In this document: positions 10,739 to 21,839 of the stretch, one piece after another
Layout: each line of letters opens with the position of its first letter
Position numbering within the stretch: the first letter of the stretch is position 1
Assembly (NCBI GenBank): GCA_000165345.1
Contig: CM000429.1
Location: forward strand, 256,001-320,000
Direction: 5' to 3'
Length of the DNA: 64,000 bases
Notes under the pieces: model-generated
The model's input: the letters and a program-made list of their open reading frames with translations, nothing else
Told to the model about the DNA's origin: nothing
Database searches by the model: none
Position numbers and translations under genes: made by a program

Positions 10739-10747
10739 TTTGGCGCC
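10739..10747. promoter_or_regulatory. E2F-like TTTGGCGCC, 53 nt upstream of minus-strand ATG 10686 in a divergent promoter
   Basis: CATTTGGCGCCTTTC. Confidence 0.45.
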
Positions 10748-11264
10748 TTTCTTGAATTGGCAATTAATATTACTTATATAATTGAATTTTAGGCGGGAGC
10801 TTCGATCATAATAAAAGAGCATGTAAGGATAGTAACAGGAAATTATTGATTTTGTTAGGTTTTAAAGAATTTCAGAATGCTTATGTAGGCGGATAATCGG
10901 TATTTAGTTTTTTTTGAAAGTTAAAACTCAAAAGTCGATTATTTTAACATAAGAAATTATTGTTAAGCCTGTAAGTATTTTTTTTGGGAGAGATTATAAG
11001 ACTAAAAGAGCGTCGTATAGATGAGATTAAAAGATATTATTTAGCTTGTAATGAGATAAATTAATTTACAGTATCTTGTTTATAATTTTCAAAAGCTTTA
11101 TCTTTTAATATTCCGACTTTTTTAACTTTAATAAAAATATTGACTTTAAATCAAAAGGCGGGTATTCCAACCTGTACTAAATATATATTTAGATAGAGAA
11201 AAAATCAAGAAAAAAAAGTATTGAAAAAGAAAGTCAAATAAATAAAGAAATTAATGAGTTCCAA

Positions 11265-11534
11265 ATGACTAAAATAACTAGAGAAGAACGGGAGAGAAGA
11301 GAGAAAGTGAATAGAGAAATTACAAGGCTTGCTCAACAGGAGAAATGGCTGGAATCATTTAGACCTAAGAGAGAAGAGAAAAACCGAGTAAAGGTTCAAA
11401 TCAAGAAAAAAGCTATCAAGATAGTAAAAGAAAAGGTTTCAAAAAAGAAAAAGAAGCTAAATCCAAAACTCCTTCAGGAACTTAATAACGAGATTCAAAG
11501 AACAATGACTTTATATAAAAATAAGGCTAAATAA
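11265..11534 (+). CDS. small basic coiled-coil protein (89 aa), function unknown
   Basis: ATG start and K/R/E-rich sequence (MTKITREERERREKVNREITRLAQQEKWLESFRPKREEK...). It sits in a normal gene slot between two convincing genes. Confidence 0.45.
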   Translation: MTKITREERERREKVNREITRLAQQEKWLESFRPKREEKNRVKVQIKKKAIKIVKEKVSKKKKKLNPKLLQELNNEIQRTMTLYKNKAK

Positions 11535-11614
11535 ATTGACATTTGATAGATTAACAGCATAAATAGACATGTAAATAATTAATTAAAACTTTTAAACAAA
11601 ACAATATATTTTGC

Positions 11615-12106
11615 CTATCTTTGAAATTTATCTGAATATTTTCTCTTTTTGTATTCCTTTTGGTAGTCTTGAACAAGAGCATTTGCCGATTCATTTCGTC
11701 TTGTCATTTCGTCAAATCTTTTATTTTTGTCAGAATCAATTTCTCTATCTTTCCATTTAGATCTCTTTAGAGTAATTGGTCTGCTTCCCACATATTTCCT
11801 ATTCATTTCCTTCATTGCATTCAACATATCATTTGGGTTAGTGAATGAAACAAATCCATAGCCTCTACTCTTTCCTGTATGTTTATTTCTAATTACTTTA
11901 CATTTTTCAAAAGAAGCATACTTTTTGAAGGCATTTGCTAATATCTCCTCAGTAACATCATTTCCTAAATCTCCACAAAATAGCCTGAAGTCATTTTCTG
12001 GCCATTCATCCAAAGTATTGTCCACCCAAACTTGGCCTGCTGCCTTTCTAAAACGCTTCTTTGAATGACTATCTAGTATTGATTTATCTTCCTTCTCTAT
12101 ATTCAT
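11615..12106 (-). CDS. RBM42-like RNA-binding protein (single C-terminal RRM)
   Basis: RNP2 FRLFCGDLG and RNP1 RGYGFVSF are present. The whole RRM plus the downstream YVGSRPITLKRSKWKDREID matches the RBM42 C-terminus. Confidence 0.8.
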   Translation of the reverse strand: MNIEKEDKSILDSHSKKRFRKAAGQVWVDNTLDEWPENDFRLFCGDLGNDVTEEILANAFKKYASFEKCKVIRNKHTGKSRGYGFVSFTNPNDMLNAMKEMNRKYVGSRPITLKRSKWKDREIDSDKNKRFDEMTRRNESANALVQDYQKEYKKRKYSDKFQR

Positions 12107-12198
12107 TTCTTAGAATAATCAAACTAAACCAAAAACTCCATTATTCTACCATTTAATGCCTTTCTCCTTTTACTAAATTCTCTAACTTTTTATCTATA

Positions 12199-12243
<45 letters not shown>

Positions 12244-12277
12244 TTTTCTGTTTTAACACGTAATAATTACGTTAATT

Positions 12278-12288
12278 TTTGGCGGGAA
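12278..12288. promoter_or_regulatory. canonical E2F site TTTGGCGGGAA in the bidirectional promoter between RBM42 (-) and hydrolase (+)
   Basis: AATTTTTGGCGGGAACA. It matches the TTTSSCGC E2F consensus. Confidence 0.5.
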
Positions 12289-12372
12289 CATATTAACATG
12301 TAAGTTTAATTAGAATAAACGCGAGTTAATATTGGGGATATTTACAAAGGTGAAACGAAATTTATTAAAAAA

Positions 12373-13314
12373 ATGCAACAGGGAAATTACTGGGACTTTT
12401 GTAAGGACACAGAGTAAGTTTCTATTTGTAGAAATTCATGTTGTGAGTTGAAGTTCATTATCTACTTATAGGGGTAAATTTTTTATTGAAAGTGGTAAAA
12501 ACCATTTGCTCTCTGCAGTATCTACAATACACGATTATGAGAGTCCCCAAACTGCTATAATTTGTCATGGTTTATTTTCAAGTAAAGAAAATCGTCTCTG
12601 TCAGACTATTGCAAAACATCTCAGTATTAATGTTGTTCGTTTTGATTTTCATGGTAATGGAGAGTCTCAAGGAGCAGACTCTTGGAGCTTTGGGGATTAT
12701 CATGGGGAAGTTAATGATGACCTAAGAAAAGTGGTTGAATTTTTAAGAAATAAAGGTCTTGAAATAAAGGCTATTATTGGCCATTCTAGAGGTGGAGTTG
12801 AGACTTTAATGTATTCATGGATGTATGATGATGTTGACATTATTATTAGTATCTCAGCTAGATTTGACTTAGCTAATTCAATTATAACTAGATTTATATC
12901 GGATGAACAGTATGAAAAATTAAAGAATAATGAGCTTGAATCTGTTGAAATTATTCCAAGAGATAATATTCCAAGAAAGATTACTCTTGAATGTATAAAT
13001 AAAAGAAATTTGGTGGATTATAATATGCTTAAAACAGTAAAGAACACAAAGTATTTCCTACTAATACATGGCACAAAAGATGATATTGTCCCAGTACAAG
13101 TAAGTTCTATTTAAGACTTAACTTAAACTAAGTAATTTGACATTATTTTTAGGATTCTAGTGAAATTGCAAGATTTATTCCTCCACAAATTCCTCATGAA
13201 ATTGTTTTAATTGAAGATGGTTCTCACTCACTCACAGAGAATAGTGAAATTAGATCCCTAGTGAATCATCATATAAATCGAGTTATTAGTTCTCTATTAA
13301 ATAAAAAGACTTAG
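12373..13314 (+). CDS. alpha/beta-hydrolase-fold serine hydrolase; three exons 12373..12413 + 12472..13099 + 13153..13314 (276 aa)
   Basis: Track ORF 12506..13114 starts at TTG and has no in-frame ATG. Upstream, ATG 12373 plus a GTAAGTTTC...CTTATAG intron (12414..12471) joins in frame. A second GTAAGTTCT...TTTTTAG intron (13100..13152) joins a 3' exon encoding DSSEIARFIPPQIPHEIVLIEDGSHSLTEN... The nucleophile elbow is IGHSRGG, the Asp lies in HGTKDDIVP, and the His lies in DGSHS. Confidence 0.65.
12414..12471 (+). other. spliceosomal intron 1 (58 nt) of alpha/beta hydrolase gene
   Basis: GTAAGTTTCT...TCTACTTATAG. It provides the otherwise missing ATG exon (MQQGNYWDFCKDTE|GKFFIESGKNHLL...). 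Confidence 0.55.
13100..13152 (+). other. spliceosomal intron 2 (53 nt) of alpha/beta hydrolase gene
   Basis: GTAAGTTCTATTT...CATTATTTTTAG. The downstream exon encodes the catalytic-His region DGSHS in frame. Confidence 0.65.
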
Positions 13315-13661
13315 AAAGTAGATTAAAAACATTAATAGTACTTTAAGCTGAAATATGATAATTAATATACTAATAATAAATTTTAATTTAGAGGCCATTT
13401 TTTAAGCCTGCCATATTATATGGCGTGCAATACGTATATCTAAGAATATGTCTATCACCCACAAAGTAAATTATGACAATAACTAAAAATTCTATTAATC
13501 ATAAATTAGTATTAAAATAGATGAGTAGTGGGACTTATCATGTAATTAGTGAGGCCAAAAACATTTGAGATTCAGTTAGATTTCTGCAATGTATTGATTT
13601 TCAAATGAAATAAAAGGGTGATGACAATTATAAACGTTATAATTTAGTAATACAGGAAAAC

Positions 13662-15962
13662 ATGGGAAATGATGATATAAAATATATTTGTATCAGATTA
13701 ATTTCAGGTCTAAAGTTTTTAGAATTTGATGATATAGAGACAGGAAAACCGTCCTTAAAGACTTCTCAAGGATTCAAAGGATGCAAACTTTTTTTGTCAA
13801 ATATTGAAATAGTGAATGAGATTCTGGAAATTGAGGCCTCAGATAGAATCTATAGAAGTTCCTTTACAAATAATTATAAGGCATTATTTCCATATCCTAA
13901 AAAAAGATTTTATCGTGTGGATGTTTTAGAAGCTTCAATAGAAGGTTATACATCAATATGGGTGAATGGAGAAAGATTTGAATTCAATTCAAATGTGATT
14001 CAAACAGGTAAAGATCTTCATGAAAGTTGGATTTGTTTGGTAACATTGATTTTTCAGATGAAAGATCTAATAGAAGAAAGGATTAAGAAAGAAAAGGAAT
14101 TAAAGATATTTGATTTTGAGAATGAGTTATGGAAGGCAAATGTAATTAATGTTCTAAAAAGATTTGATCAATCTTGGGTAGAATTTGAGAGGGAATATAT
14201 TACAGAACTGATTGCCATAGAAAATATTGCTAGAAGATTTATAATAAATTTACATAAATATATGTTAGAAAATGAAATTCTAAGTAATAATAGCGTTGGC
14301 GCCAAAATGGGTGTGAATATTGATAATAATATTGATATTTTTGTACATGAAATGCACAAGAAGGAAGAATCTGAAAATAACGGTAGCGACGGGAGTAGAT
14401 TAAAAAGTGAAATTAAGTGTAATAGTCTGGATCTAGTATTTTTTGAGCTAATAAAAAGCCTTTTTCGAGTTTTGAATCTAAATAATAAGCACAGCATTAC
14501 AGAAAACATTAATTTATCAACATGGGAACAAATAGTGCAAATTAACGAATTGGCGGCAAGCTCCCCACATTCTAGTTTTTCTGTAGTTGGCGCCTTGGGC
14601 ATGCATTGCGTGTCAGAAATGACAATATTGTTAGAAAAAGTCGCAGAAATATGCGAGATTCCAGAAAAGATAGACCCCCATATTTGTAATAATTTGAGCT
14701 TACAACAGCAAATTTTAAAGGTAGATGAGACATGGGGTATAGCAAAAAAACAATTTAATAAATTGGTATCAATGGAGAAAGAGGATGTTGATAAATTATC
14801 ACTTGTACAGCTTGTAAAATTGCTTCAAAAAGTGTTTTCAATTCAGTTTCAAATTAGAAGAAGAATTAAGGGGTTAGAAATTGGAGAATTAATCACTGAA
14901 ATAGGATCTGTGAATAATTTTGAAGAAATATGTTTATGGGAAAATATATTTGTTGAGAAATTAGAAGAATGTGATGTTATTGCATTATTGGCTCTTCCAA
15001 AGATTTGCTGTATTTTGTTTTTGGTAAATCCGGGAGTTTGTTCGGATATGATAAGTCAGTTTCTAAATAATGATACTACAATGGAATATCACTGGGTTCA
15101 ACAAGAAACTGAAAATATTGAAGATAAGTTAATAAAAAGTCAAATTTTCAGATCTATTCAATTGAATAATGCTTTACCCAATAATAAAAAGATTGAGAGT
15201 AAAAATTGCTCAGTTAAAAATTCTTTTTTAAATATGGTAACTCTTTGGAATTCATTCACAGAAGCTGTTTTATGTTGTGAAGATTATATGAATTTCTCAA
15301 CAAATTTACTAGCTTTAGAAACTAGTAAAAAAGCTTTCAATAAAGAAGAGATACTTTTTGTATATATTTTTTCACTATTAACAGGGACCTGTTTATGTGG
15401 AGAAAACCAAATAAATAATTGTAAAATCTGTAATAAAGAGACAAAGATCATTCAGGAAAATGAATTCATTAAAAAATCAGAAAAATTATTAAATTCTTTG
15501 TTAATTTCAATAGAGGAGGTGAGTATATTATTACAGAGAGTATCCGTTTCTGAATGGAATGAATTTATTCAAACTGCAGTAATTTGCATTACAAAATCAC
15601 CAATTATATTGGAAGAAATAATTAATGTTGATACTGATCAAACAGAAATTGAAATTGAACAAAATAATTTCCTTCTTAAATTGGAAGATAATACTACTAG
15701 TACTCAAACTAGTAGTAGCAATTCAGCATATATAGTGAGTCAAGCTAAAAATACTGATTCTTCTTCTTTTGTCATTAATAACACAAAAATTCAAAGTTTT
15801 TTAAGCAACATTGGCTCAATTATATATGAAAATGTTAAGAGTTATGGAAAATTTACCACTACTAGCAGAAGTTCAGTAACTCCAAAGCCTTCTGAAAGCT
15901 CTACAATGATTATGTATAGTAATTCTAATTCTAATTTCGATAATGCAACACATATATTATAA
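13662..15962 (+). CDS. hypothetical protein (766 aa), no recognisable domain
   Basis: Long ATG-initiated ORF (MGNDDIKYICIRLISGLKFLEF...) with coding-like composition. No family assigned from memory. Confidence 0.75.
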   Translation: MGNDDIKYICIRLISGLKFLEFDDIETGKPSLKTSQGFKGCKLFLSNIEIVNEILEIEASDRIYRSSFTNNYKALFPYPKKRFYRVDVLEASIEGYTSIWVNGERFEFNSNVIQTGKDLHESWICLVTLIFQMKDLIEERIKKEKELKIFDFENELWKANVINVLKRFDQSWVEFEREYITELIAIENIARRFIINLHKYMLENEILSNNSVGAKMGVNIDNNIDIFVHEMHKKEESENNGSDGSRLKSEIKCNSLDLVFFELIKSLFRVLNLNNKHSITENINLSTWEQIVQINELAASSPHSSFSVVGALGMHCVSEMTILLEKVAEICEIPEKIDPHICNNLSLQQQILKVDETWGIAKKQFNKLVSMEKEDVDKLSLVQLVKLLQKVFSIQFQIRRRIKGLEIGELITEIGSVNNFEEICLWENIFVEKLEECDVIALLALPKICCILFLVNPGVCSDMISQFLNNDTTMEYHWVQQETENIEDKLIKSQIFRSIQLNNALPNNKKIESKNCSVKNSFLNMVTLWNSFTEAVLCCEDYMNFSTNLLALETSKKAFNKEEILFVYIFSLLTGTCLCGENQINNCKICNKETKIIQENEFIKKSEKLLNSLLISIEEVSILLQRVSVSEWNEFIQTAVICITKSPIILEEIINVDTDQTEIEIEQNNFLLKLEDNTTSTQTSSSNSAYIVSQAKNTDSSSFVINNTKIQSFLSNIGSIIYENVKSYGKFTTTSRSSVTPKPSESSTMIMYSNSNSNFDNATHIL

Positions 15963-16315
15963 GAAACTTAGTTTTTTAATCTGTCTATTTTTATTTTTCT
16001 AAATACTATACTTTGGTGTAAAACATTTTGATTAATCATTTATTTTTATTGCGATTTTTTGTTGTGTTGTTAAAAATAATCCAAATATACATATTACGTG
16101 TCAAATATTGAAATAAAGCTCTAAATAAAATTTAAAAAGAAAAAACAGAGTTAGTTCGAAATTATATTTAAAAGTTTAATACAATAATAAAAGTTGAAAC
16201 ATTTAAAAAATATTATGAAAAAAAAATGAGAAATTCTCTACTATTCCAAAACCTAAAGCTATCTGTTTCTAATTTATTGCATGTATTGTAATAAGTGGCC
16301 GCTAATCGTCCGGGA

Positions 16316-16380
16316 TTTCCCGCCAATTGCTTTGGCTGCATGCATTTTTTATATATGCAAAATTGCATGCAACGCATGCA
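16316..16380. promoter_or_regulatory. E2F-like TTTCCCGCCAA plus three (T)GCATGCA motifs upstream of the S15 hydrolase gene
   Basis: GGGATTTCCCGCCAATTGCTTTGGCTGCATGCATTTTTTATATATGCAAAATTGCATGCAACGCATGCAG. Confidence 0.5.
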
Positions 16381-16651
16381 GATTTTACATTAAATTTATC
16401 AATATTCTTAGGAATGGGGTACTGAAAGAAATTATTTAAGCAAATTAATAAATAATTCAGGTAAAAGTTGAAAAACCAAAAAAAAAAAAAATAATTTTAT
16501 TTGAAAGAAAACAAGAGGGACTTTAATGAAAGGTTAGAGGGATAGTCCATAAAACTCTCCATATAAGAGAAGGAGTAAATCAAGGCCAATTAAGTTTAAA
16601 GCGGTGCAGATAAATACGGGTCTGTGTGTAAGTGTGGGGATAAGGAGTCCG

Positions 16652-19600
16652 ATGTCAAAGGCTTCACAGCTGGAGAAAGTGGAGCAACAAGAGGAAAATA
16701 TCTCAGAACTCATTAATGGTAGGGAAACTGTCAAAGGAGTAAGGAAAGATGTGCTGGAATATATGCAAGGAAGCTGGGAAGATCAATCGCTGCAAACGCC
16801 TCAGTCTGCAATGTTTAAAGCAAACAAAGAAAATGAGTCGGATATAATGGACACATATTGTGAAAGTGGGCCTGAGACTCCTGAAGAATGTTTAGATAAT
16901 TCTGAAGGGGGACTATCACCAATTAACTCAGCTGAGAGCGAGGGATTAAATGGAAGTATTGGAGATGTAAATCAATGCAAGATATGGGAGGAAGAAACTA
17001 TCAAAAAGTTTGAAAAGTTGTTAAGAAATATACAGCTTTTTAGCAGAGCTATTACAGTCTACATAATATATCATATCACAGTTTTGAACCTTTACCCATC
17101 AATATATACTGTTAATAAGGAAATGAATACTGATGAGATTTTTGAATATTATTATGCTCAACATATCATTCCAAAAAGCCTTCCAACTAGTATTATGGAT
17201 TCATGCTTTTTAGGTTGCATCATATTCATATTAACATATGTTGCCTCAAGAGCTCTGAGGGCAAATTTGAAGGAAATTAAAAGAAATAAGCTGAATAACT
17301 ATCAGATTAAGAAAGCTAGAAGTACTTATGGAAAGAAGATGATGATATGTGGGGTAGCAGGAAGAGTGTTTGGTATTTCCTGTCTATTGATTATTTTAGT
17401 TGGTTTGACACAATACGTTGCTCATGAAAGTTTAAACACTAAAGGATTACTGGTTCCAGATATTTGGTTCTCATTAGCCAAAGATAAATACAAATATGAT
17501 GATTATAAGGGATTTACAAGTTTGTTAGCCCATATAATATTATACTGGACAGGATTATCTGTTGACTTTTTTGGCTTCATTACTGCATTAAGAATGGTTT
17601 TTGCCTATGTTCACTTATTTGATGGAGTTATTCTTGGTATTTACTTATGTATGGTTGTAGGAATTGGTTTACCTTTAATGCAAGAAGGTCTTTTGGGACC
17701 AAAGAATTCATGCAATGCAAATGATCACCATTGGTATAAATTTGATACTCATGAGATCACATTCTTCAGGGATGAGTCAGGAAAGATTCGAACTGGAGAT
17801 TTCAGAGGTCCAACAAGTACTAATTACCCACCTCTATTTTACAGTGAATACATTACAATGGATGATGGAGTTAAAATTGCTGTAGATGTATATTTACCTA
17901 GAATCAGATTTGGGTACAAAACCTTGCCAACTGTAGTAGATATTACAAGATATAATAGAAGAATGGATGTTCATTGGCCATTCACTTTATTCTCTCTCTG
18001 GGGAGAACCCAAATCTGTATCAATGAATATTTGGTCTTGGCAAATTACTCAAACTTTTATTCCTAACTTTTATGCTGTTGTTGTAGTTGATACCAGGGGA
18101 ACAGGTGCAAGTACCGGGCATAGAATTGTGGATTTTTCAGAAAACGAGGTTGATGATTTTAGACAAATTATTGGATGGATAAAGAATCAGCCTTGGAGTA
18201 ATGGAAAGGTAGGAGTAGGAGGAATCAGTTATGATGGAATGGCTGCAATCAAAACAGCTGCATTATCTGGAAATAATGAATCTGAAAGCAGCTCAGAAGG
18301 TTTTAGAAGTGATAACAATCTAGTTGATGCAGTTTTTGCTCTTTCATCGCCAATGAATGTAATTAAAGAGTTAATTGAGCCAGGGGGTTTGATTTGTAAA
18401 CCTCTAGTGGAAGACTATTATAGTATAACATATTCGTTTGAACAATATGGATCTCCATTACTTCATTTCTTAAAAACGGTTGCATATTATCCTTTTAAAT
18501 TGGTGGTAGCCTTCTTATTAGTAATAGGAAATGTTTCTCCTGTTCAAGGGTATTCAAGTATTAAGAAGCAAGCATTGGAAATGCATCAAAAGAATTGGGA
18601 TATGTCAAAGACTATTAAGAAGTACAAGTACTTGGATGAACAGGTTGAGTTAGATGATGGAACTTTGATATACGCAGAAAGGCTTGGGAATACTGAAGAT
18701 GTTGCAACAATTCTCGGAAATAAGGGAGTAAATGTCTATTTAACTTCAGGATATTGTGATTCTGCTAACTCTAGAGGAGTAATTCAATTCTATGATGCTT
18801 TAGTAGAGTCAGCATCTAAGGCATATGAGCAGTATTTACTAGAAGCTGGAAATATGGCATCTAAAGAAAAACCTATATATAAGTTGGTCCTTGGTCCTTG
18901 GACTCACTCCGGCAGAGCAAGTTGCTCTCCATTTGGAAAAAGTATTTCTTGTTTTGAGCCAGCCTTATATTACGACTTGGTTAGATTTATGGACTGTGCT
19001 TTGAAAGGAATTTGCTGGGAAAACCAAGATAAGAACATTCATTTCTTCCAAGTTGGAGAAGAAAAATGGTATACTACAGACAAATTCCCTCCTCCAGATA
19101 CCAAGTATCTTCAGTTTTCTTTTGAAAAGCATGGAGAGAATGAAAAAAGTTCAATTCAAGAATTCTCATCAATATTAGGAACTAGATTTGTTCCACTTGT
19201 ATTCCAATCAAAAAAGAAGGAAACAAGAACAAATTTAAATCAAAGTCAAAACAATCCTTCAGGATCTTCCTCAAGCTACATTCAACTCAAAGTTGGTGAT
19301 AACTATTTCTCAGAATATAGATCCAGATGGATGATTGCAATGCATCCTTTTAGAGTTACAGTATCTTATAATGAGAAAGGAAAACAATTATGGCATGCTG
19401 GTGAAAGACTTCACCAAAAAAGAAAAAGTAGACAGCATATAAGATTTGCAACTGCACCATTTAAGGCAGATATACGACTTGTAGGGAGTGTTTGGTTACA
19501 TTTCTCAGTTCAACTTCTTGATGGTTATGATGCTCCAATCTATGTATACTTGGAGGATATTTCTCCAGAAAACGAAATTATGTATATAACAGAAGGATTG

Positions 19601-19963
19601 GCACAAATTGGACACAGACATGTTAATATGACAAAAAGTGCTCTTGAGAACATACCACATGGATCAGCAAGGAAGGTTATTAGGCCTCTTACAAGGAGTT
19701 ATTACCAGCCTTTAAGAAGAATTGGGGATGAATCTCCAATGCAAATCACTTTGGAACCAATTACTTGGACCTTCTTTAAAGATCACAGACTGGCCATCTC
19801 AATTACAGGTGCAGATACAAAGAACTTTAAACTACATCATATTTCTCAGAACATTAAAATAGCCAAAACCATTAATATTAAGCTGGACAACTCGTTTATG
19901 GTCAAACTTCCAGTTAATAGAGAGGACTACAATACTTGGATTGAGTTAAATCCTGAAGTTTAA
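16652..19963 (+). CDS. CocE/NonD-family (peptidase S15 / X-Pro dipeptidyl-peptidase-like) alpha/beta hydrolase with N-terminal multi-pass membrane region (1103 aa)
   Basis: Track ORF starts at GTG 16604. The first ATG is 16652 (MSKASQLEK...). There are several hydrophobic helices at residues ~150-360. The S15 core is AVVVVDTRGTGASTGHRIVDFSENEVDDFRQIIGWIKNQPWSNGKVGVGGISYDGMAA, with a GxSYxG nucleophile. Confidence 0.75.
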   Translation: MSKASQLEKVEQQEENISELINGRETVKGVRKDVLEYMQGSWEDQSLQTPQSAMFKANKENESDIMDTYCESGPETPEECLDNSEGGLSPINSAESEGLNGSIGDVNQCKIWEEETIKKFEKLLRNIQLFSRAITVYIIYHITVLNLYPSIYTVNKEMNTDEIFEYYYAQHIIPKSLPTSIMDSCFLGCIIFILTYVASRALRANLKEIKRNKLNNYQIKKARSTYGKKMMICGVAGRVFGISCLLIILVGLTQYVAHESLNTKGLLVPDIWFSLAKDKYKYDDYKGFTSLLAHIILYWTGLSVDFFGFITALRMVFAYVHLFDGVILGIYLCMVVGIGLPLMQEGLLGPKNSCNANDHHWYKFDTHEITFFRDESGKIRTGDFRGPTSTNYPPLFYSEYITMDDGVKIAVDVYLPRIRFGYKTLPTVVDITRYNRRMDVHWPFTLFSLWGEPKSVSMNIWSWQITQTFIPNFYAVVVVDTRGTGASTGHRIVDFSENEVDDFRQIIGWIKNQPWSNGKVGVGGISYDGMAAIKTAALSGNNESESSSEGFRSDNNLVDAVFALSSPMNVIKELIEPGGLICKPLVEDYYSITYSFEQYGSPLLHFLKTVAYYPFKLVVAFLLVIGNVSPVQGYSSIKKQALEMHQKNWDMSKTIKKYKYLDEQVELDDGTLIYAERLGNTEDVATILGNKGVNVYLTSGYCDSANSRGVIQFYDALVESASKAYEQYLLEAGNMASKEKPIYKLVLGPWTHSGRASCSPFGKSISCFEPALYYDLVRFMDCALKGICWENQDKNIHFFQVGEEKWYTTDKFPPPDTKYLQFSFEKHGENEKSSIQEFSSILGTRFVPLVFQSKKKETRTNLNQSQNNPSGSSSSYIQLKVGDNYFSEYRSRWMIAMHPFRVTVSYNEKGKQLWHAGERLHQKRKSRQHIRFATAPFKADIRLVGSVWLHFSVQLLDGYDAPIYVYLEDISPENEIMYITEGLAQIGHRHVNMTKSALENIPHGSARKVIRPLTRSYYQPLRRIGDESPMQITLEPITWTFFKDHRLAISITGADTKNFKLHHISQNIKIAKTINIKLDNSFMVKLPVNREDYNTWIELNPEV

Positions 19964-20471
19964 CAAAGTCCAACAAAGACTGACTCAATTAGGCGTAATT
20001 AATAATAATTTGGCTAAGATATAAGGGTATTAATATGTCCGTTAGGAGGTTAAATAATCGGGAAAAAGAAGCAATAAGAAAGAAACGACCAGAAATAAAC
20101 AATAATCTCACCAAGAAACAGGCTAAATTGTCAAAGGAGAAATTCCTTCCCACATTTCAAGGTTTTTTCTCTTGGTGTCTTGAAGCAGCAAAATATGAAT
20201 GTGGGAAGCCCGCCTAATTTTGTTATTAAATGCTTGAACATTAATACATTTTGAGTAATAACAAAAAATTGTGAGCTTTTCCTGTGAAAAAGACTCCGTA
20301 CAGTTCTTGAAGGGGTTAGGCATTGGAAGGCTGCAAAAGGTTCTTAATTGGTGGTTTGCAGGCTCCGTGCTGGGTTAGGTAAAAAGAACAGATTGGTTGA
20401 AAATAACCAAGAGATTGTGAGATAAAGTGGATTTTTACAATTGTTGAATTCTGGTGGCTTTTGGCAGAATT

Positions 20472-21839
20472 ATGAGTGTTTTAAGGAATAGATATATTCC
20501 CAGAATGGAAGAGTACAATTCTTCAAAATCAACAGGATATATGGGTTTTTGGGCATCTATTCTTTTGTCAATACCAGTAATTATACTTTGGGTATTTTCT
20601 GAGCTCTTTTCAAGAGGTTTGCTTTTCGAAAGTTTAAGAATGTCTTCAAATATGAGAGTAGCATATGGGGTCATGGCAGTAGTTGCTATTACTATGGTAA
20701 TGTCAATACATTTTCTCCCAAGTGGAACTTTTAGATGGCCTTGTTATGCTTTTTGGAAGATTATAATGGGCATGAATATTCTATATTTTATGCTTTTAAC
20801 ATTTTTACTCTTTCAGGACACAGAGCATATCAGAAATACTTTGGTTTATATTGACCCAAAGTTAATTGAAAAGGTCCCGGAGGTGAATTATGCAGGAAAT
20901 TCGTGTTCGATAATTGATGGATCAAATGGATGGTTTTCAAACATTCTTCCAAAGATAGATATGTTTGTTATTGCTCACTTCCTTGGTTGGATGGTCAAAG
21001 CATTAATCTTAAGGAATAATTTTCTTGTTTGGTTTAATTCAATATTGTTTGAATGGCTTGAAATTACCCTTAGACACATTTTACCAAACTTTTATGAATG
21101 CTGGTGGGACCATATAATTTTGGATATTTTTGGATGCAACATGATAGGTATATTCTTGGGGAATTATATAATTAAAAGATTCAACATGACTCGTTTTAAT
21201 TGGCATACTTGCCGTAATGGACTTGGAGGCCAAGAATATGATCATAAAGCAGGTGATTCAATTTCAAATTCAAAACAGAGTATAAAAGCTTCAAAAGAGG
21301 TAGGCTCTAGTTCTGTAAATAAGAAAAAACAAAAATCCACATCAAAACCAAGATTATTAAAAGTAAAGAATTTCATGTATTCATTGTTTAAATGGCCAAA
21401 AATTCTCACAACATTACGTGGTCTTGGATCTTTTTTGATTTTGACAGCAATTGTTCAGTTGATTGACTTGAATTACTTTTTTTTCAAAGCTGAGTTCAAT
21501 ATGCCAGTTTCTCACTGGATTTTTGGTTTAAGAACAGCTCTTTTGGCAATTAGTGGTGCTTCAGCAGTCAGAGAATTATATGAAACAATCGCAAGGGATT
21601 CATCAATTCACTTTGGTAAAGTGAGCTTTCAATGTTGGCTCATCGTGGTAGTAATCTTTACAGAATCACTGCTTTGTTGGAGATTTAGTGGAAATCTTCG
21701 TGTTGATTCTTTCATACCCTCGAATTTTATTATATATATTTGGACTTTTATCTTTTTCATTCTTGTTGTTTTGTATTTATTTTTAACTTTGAAAAGTTTT
21801 TTTCAAAATTTTGGTCCAAGCGACAAAAAAAATAAATAA
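20472..21839 (+). CDS. PSS: phosphatidylserine synthase (base-exchange type, PTDSS/PSS family)
   Basis: Track ORF starts at GTG 20454. The first ATG is 20472 (MSVLRNRYIPRMEEY...). It is a polytopic membrane protein. The stretch FVIAHFLGWMVKALILRNNFLVWFNSILFEWLEITLRHILPNFYECWWDHIILDIFGCNMIGIFLGNYIIKRF closely matches PTDSS1/2 (HFFGWW...[26 protein letters not shown]). Confidence 0.85.
   Translation: MSVLRNRYIPRMEEYNSSKSTGYMGFWASILLSIPVIILWVFSELFSRGLLFESLRMSSNMRVAYGVMAVVAITMVMSIHFLPSGTFRWPCYAFWKIIMGMNILYFMLLTFLLFQDTEHIRNTLVYIDPKLIEKVPEVNYAGNSCSIIDGSNGWFSNILPKIDMFVIAHFLGWMVKALILRNNFLVWFNSILFEWLEITLRHILPNFYECWWDHIILDIFGCNMIGIFLGNYIIKRFNMTRFNWHTCRNGLGGQEYDHKAGDSISNSKQSIKASKEVGSSSVNKKKQKSTSKPRLLKVKNFMYSLFKWPKILTTLRGLGSFLILTAIVQLIDLNYFFFKAEFNMPVSHWIFGLRTALLAISGASAVRELYETIARDSSIHFGKVSFQCWLIVVVIFTESLLCWRFSGNLRVDSFIPSNFIIYIWTFIFFILVVLYLFLTLKSFFQNFGPSDKKNK

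Noticed and set aside
20035-20674. Small intergenic ORFs at 20035-20217, 20123-20323, 20435-20674, 21980-22186, 26645-26830, 26911-27141, 29908-30135, 30001-30201, 32454-32774, 32782-33105, 36096-36287, 36738-37184, 42740-42946 and 52195-52510.
   Set aside because: They are 60-150 codons, lie in promoter or UTR regions or overlap the ends of real genes, have low-complexity or Phe/Leu/Ile-rich translations typical of AT-rich noise, and several start at non-ATG codons.
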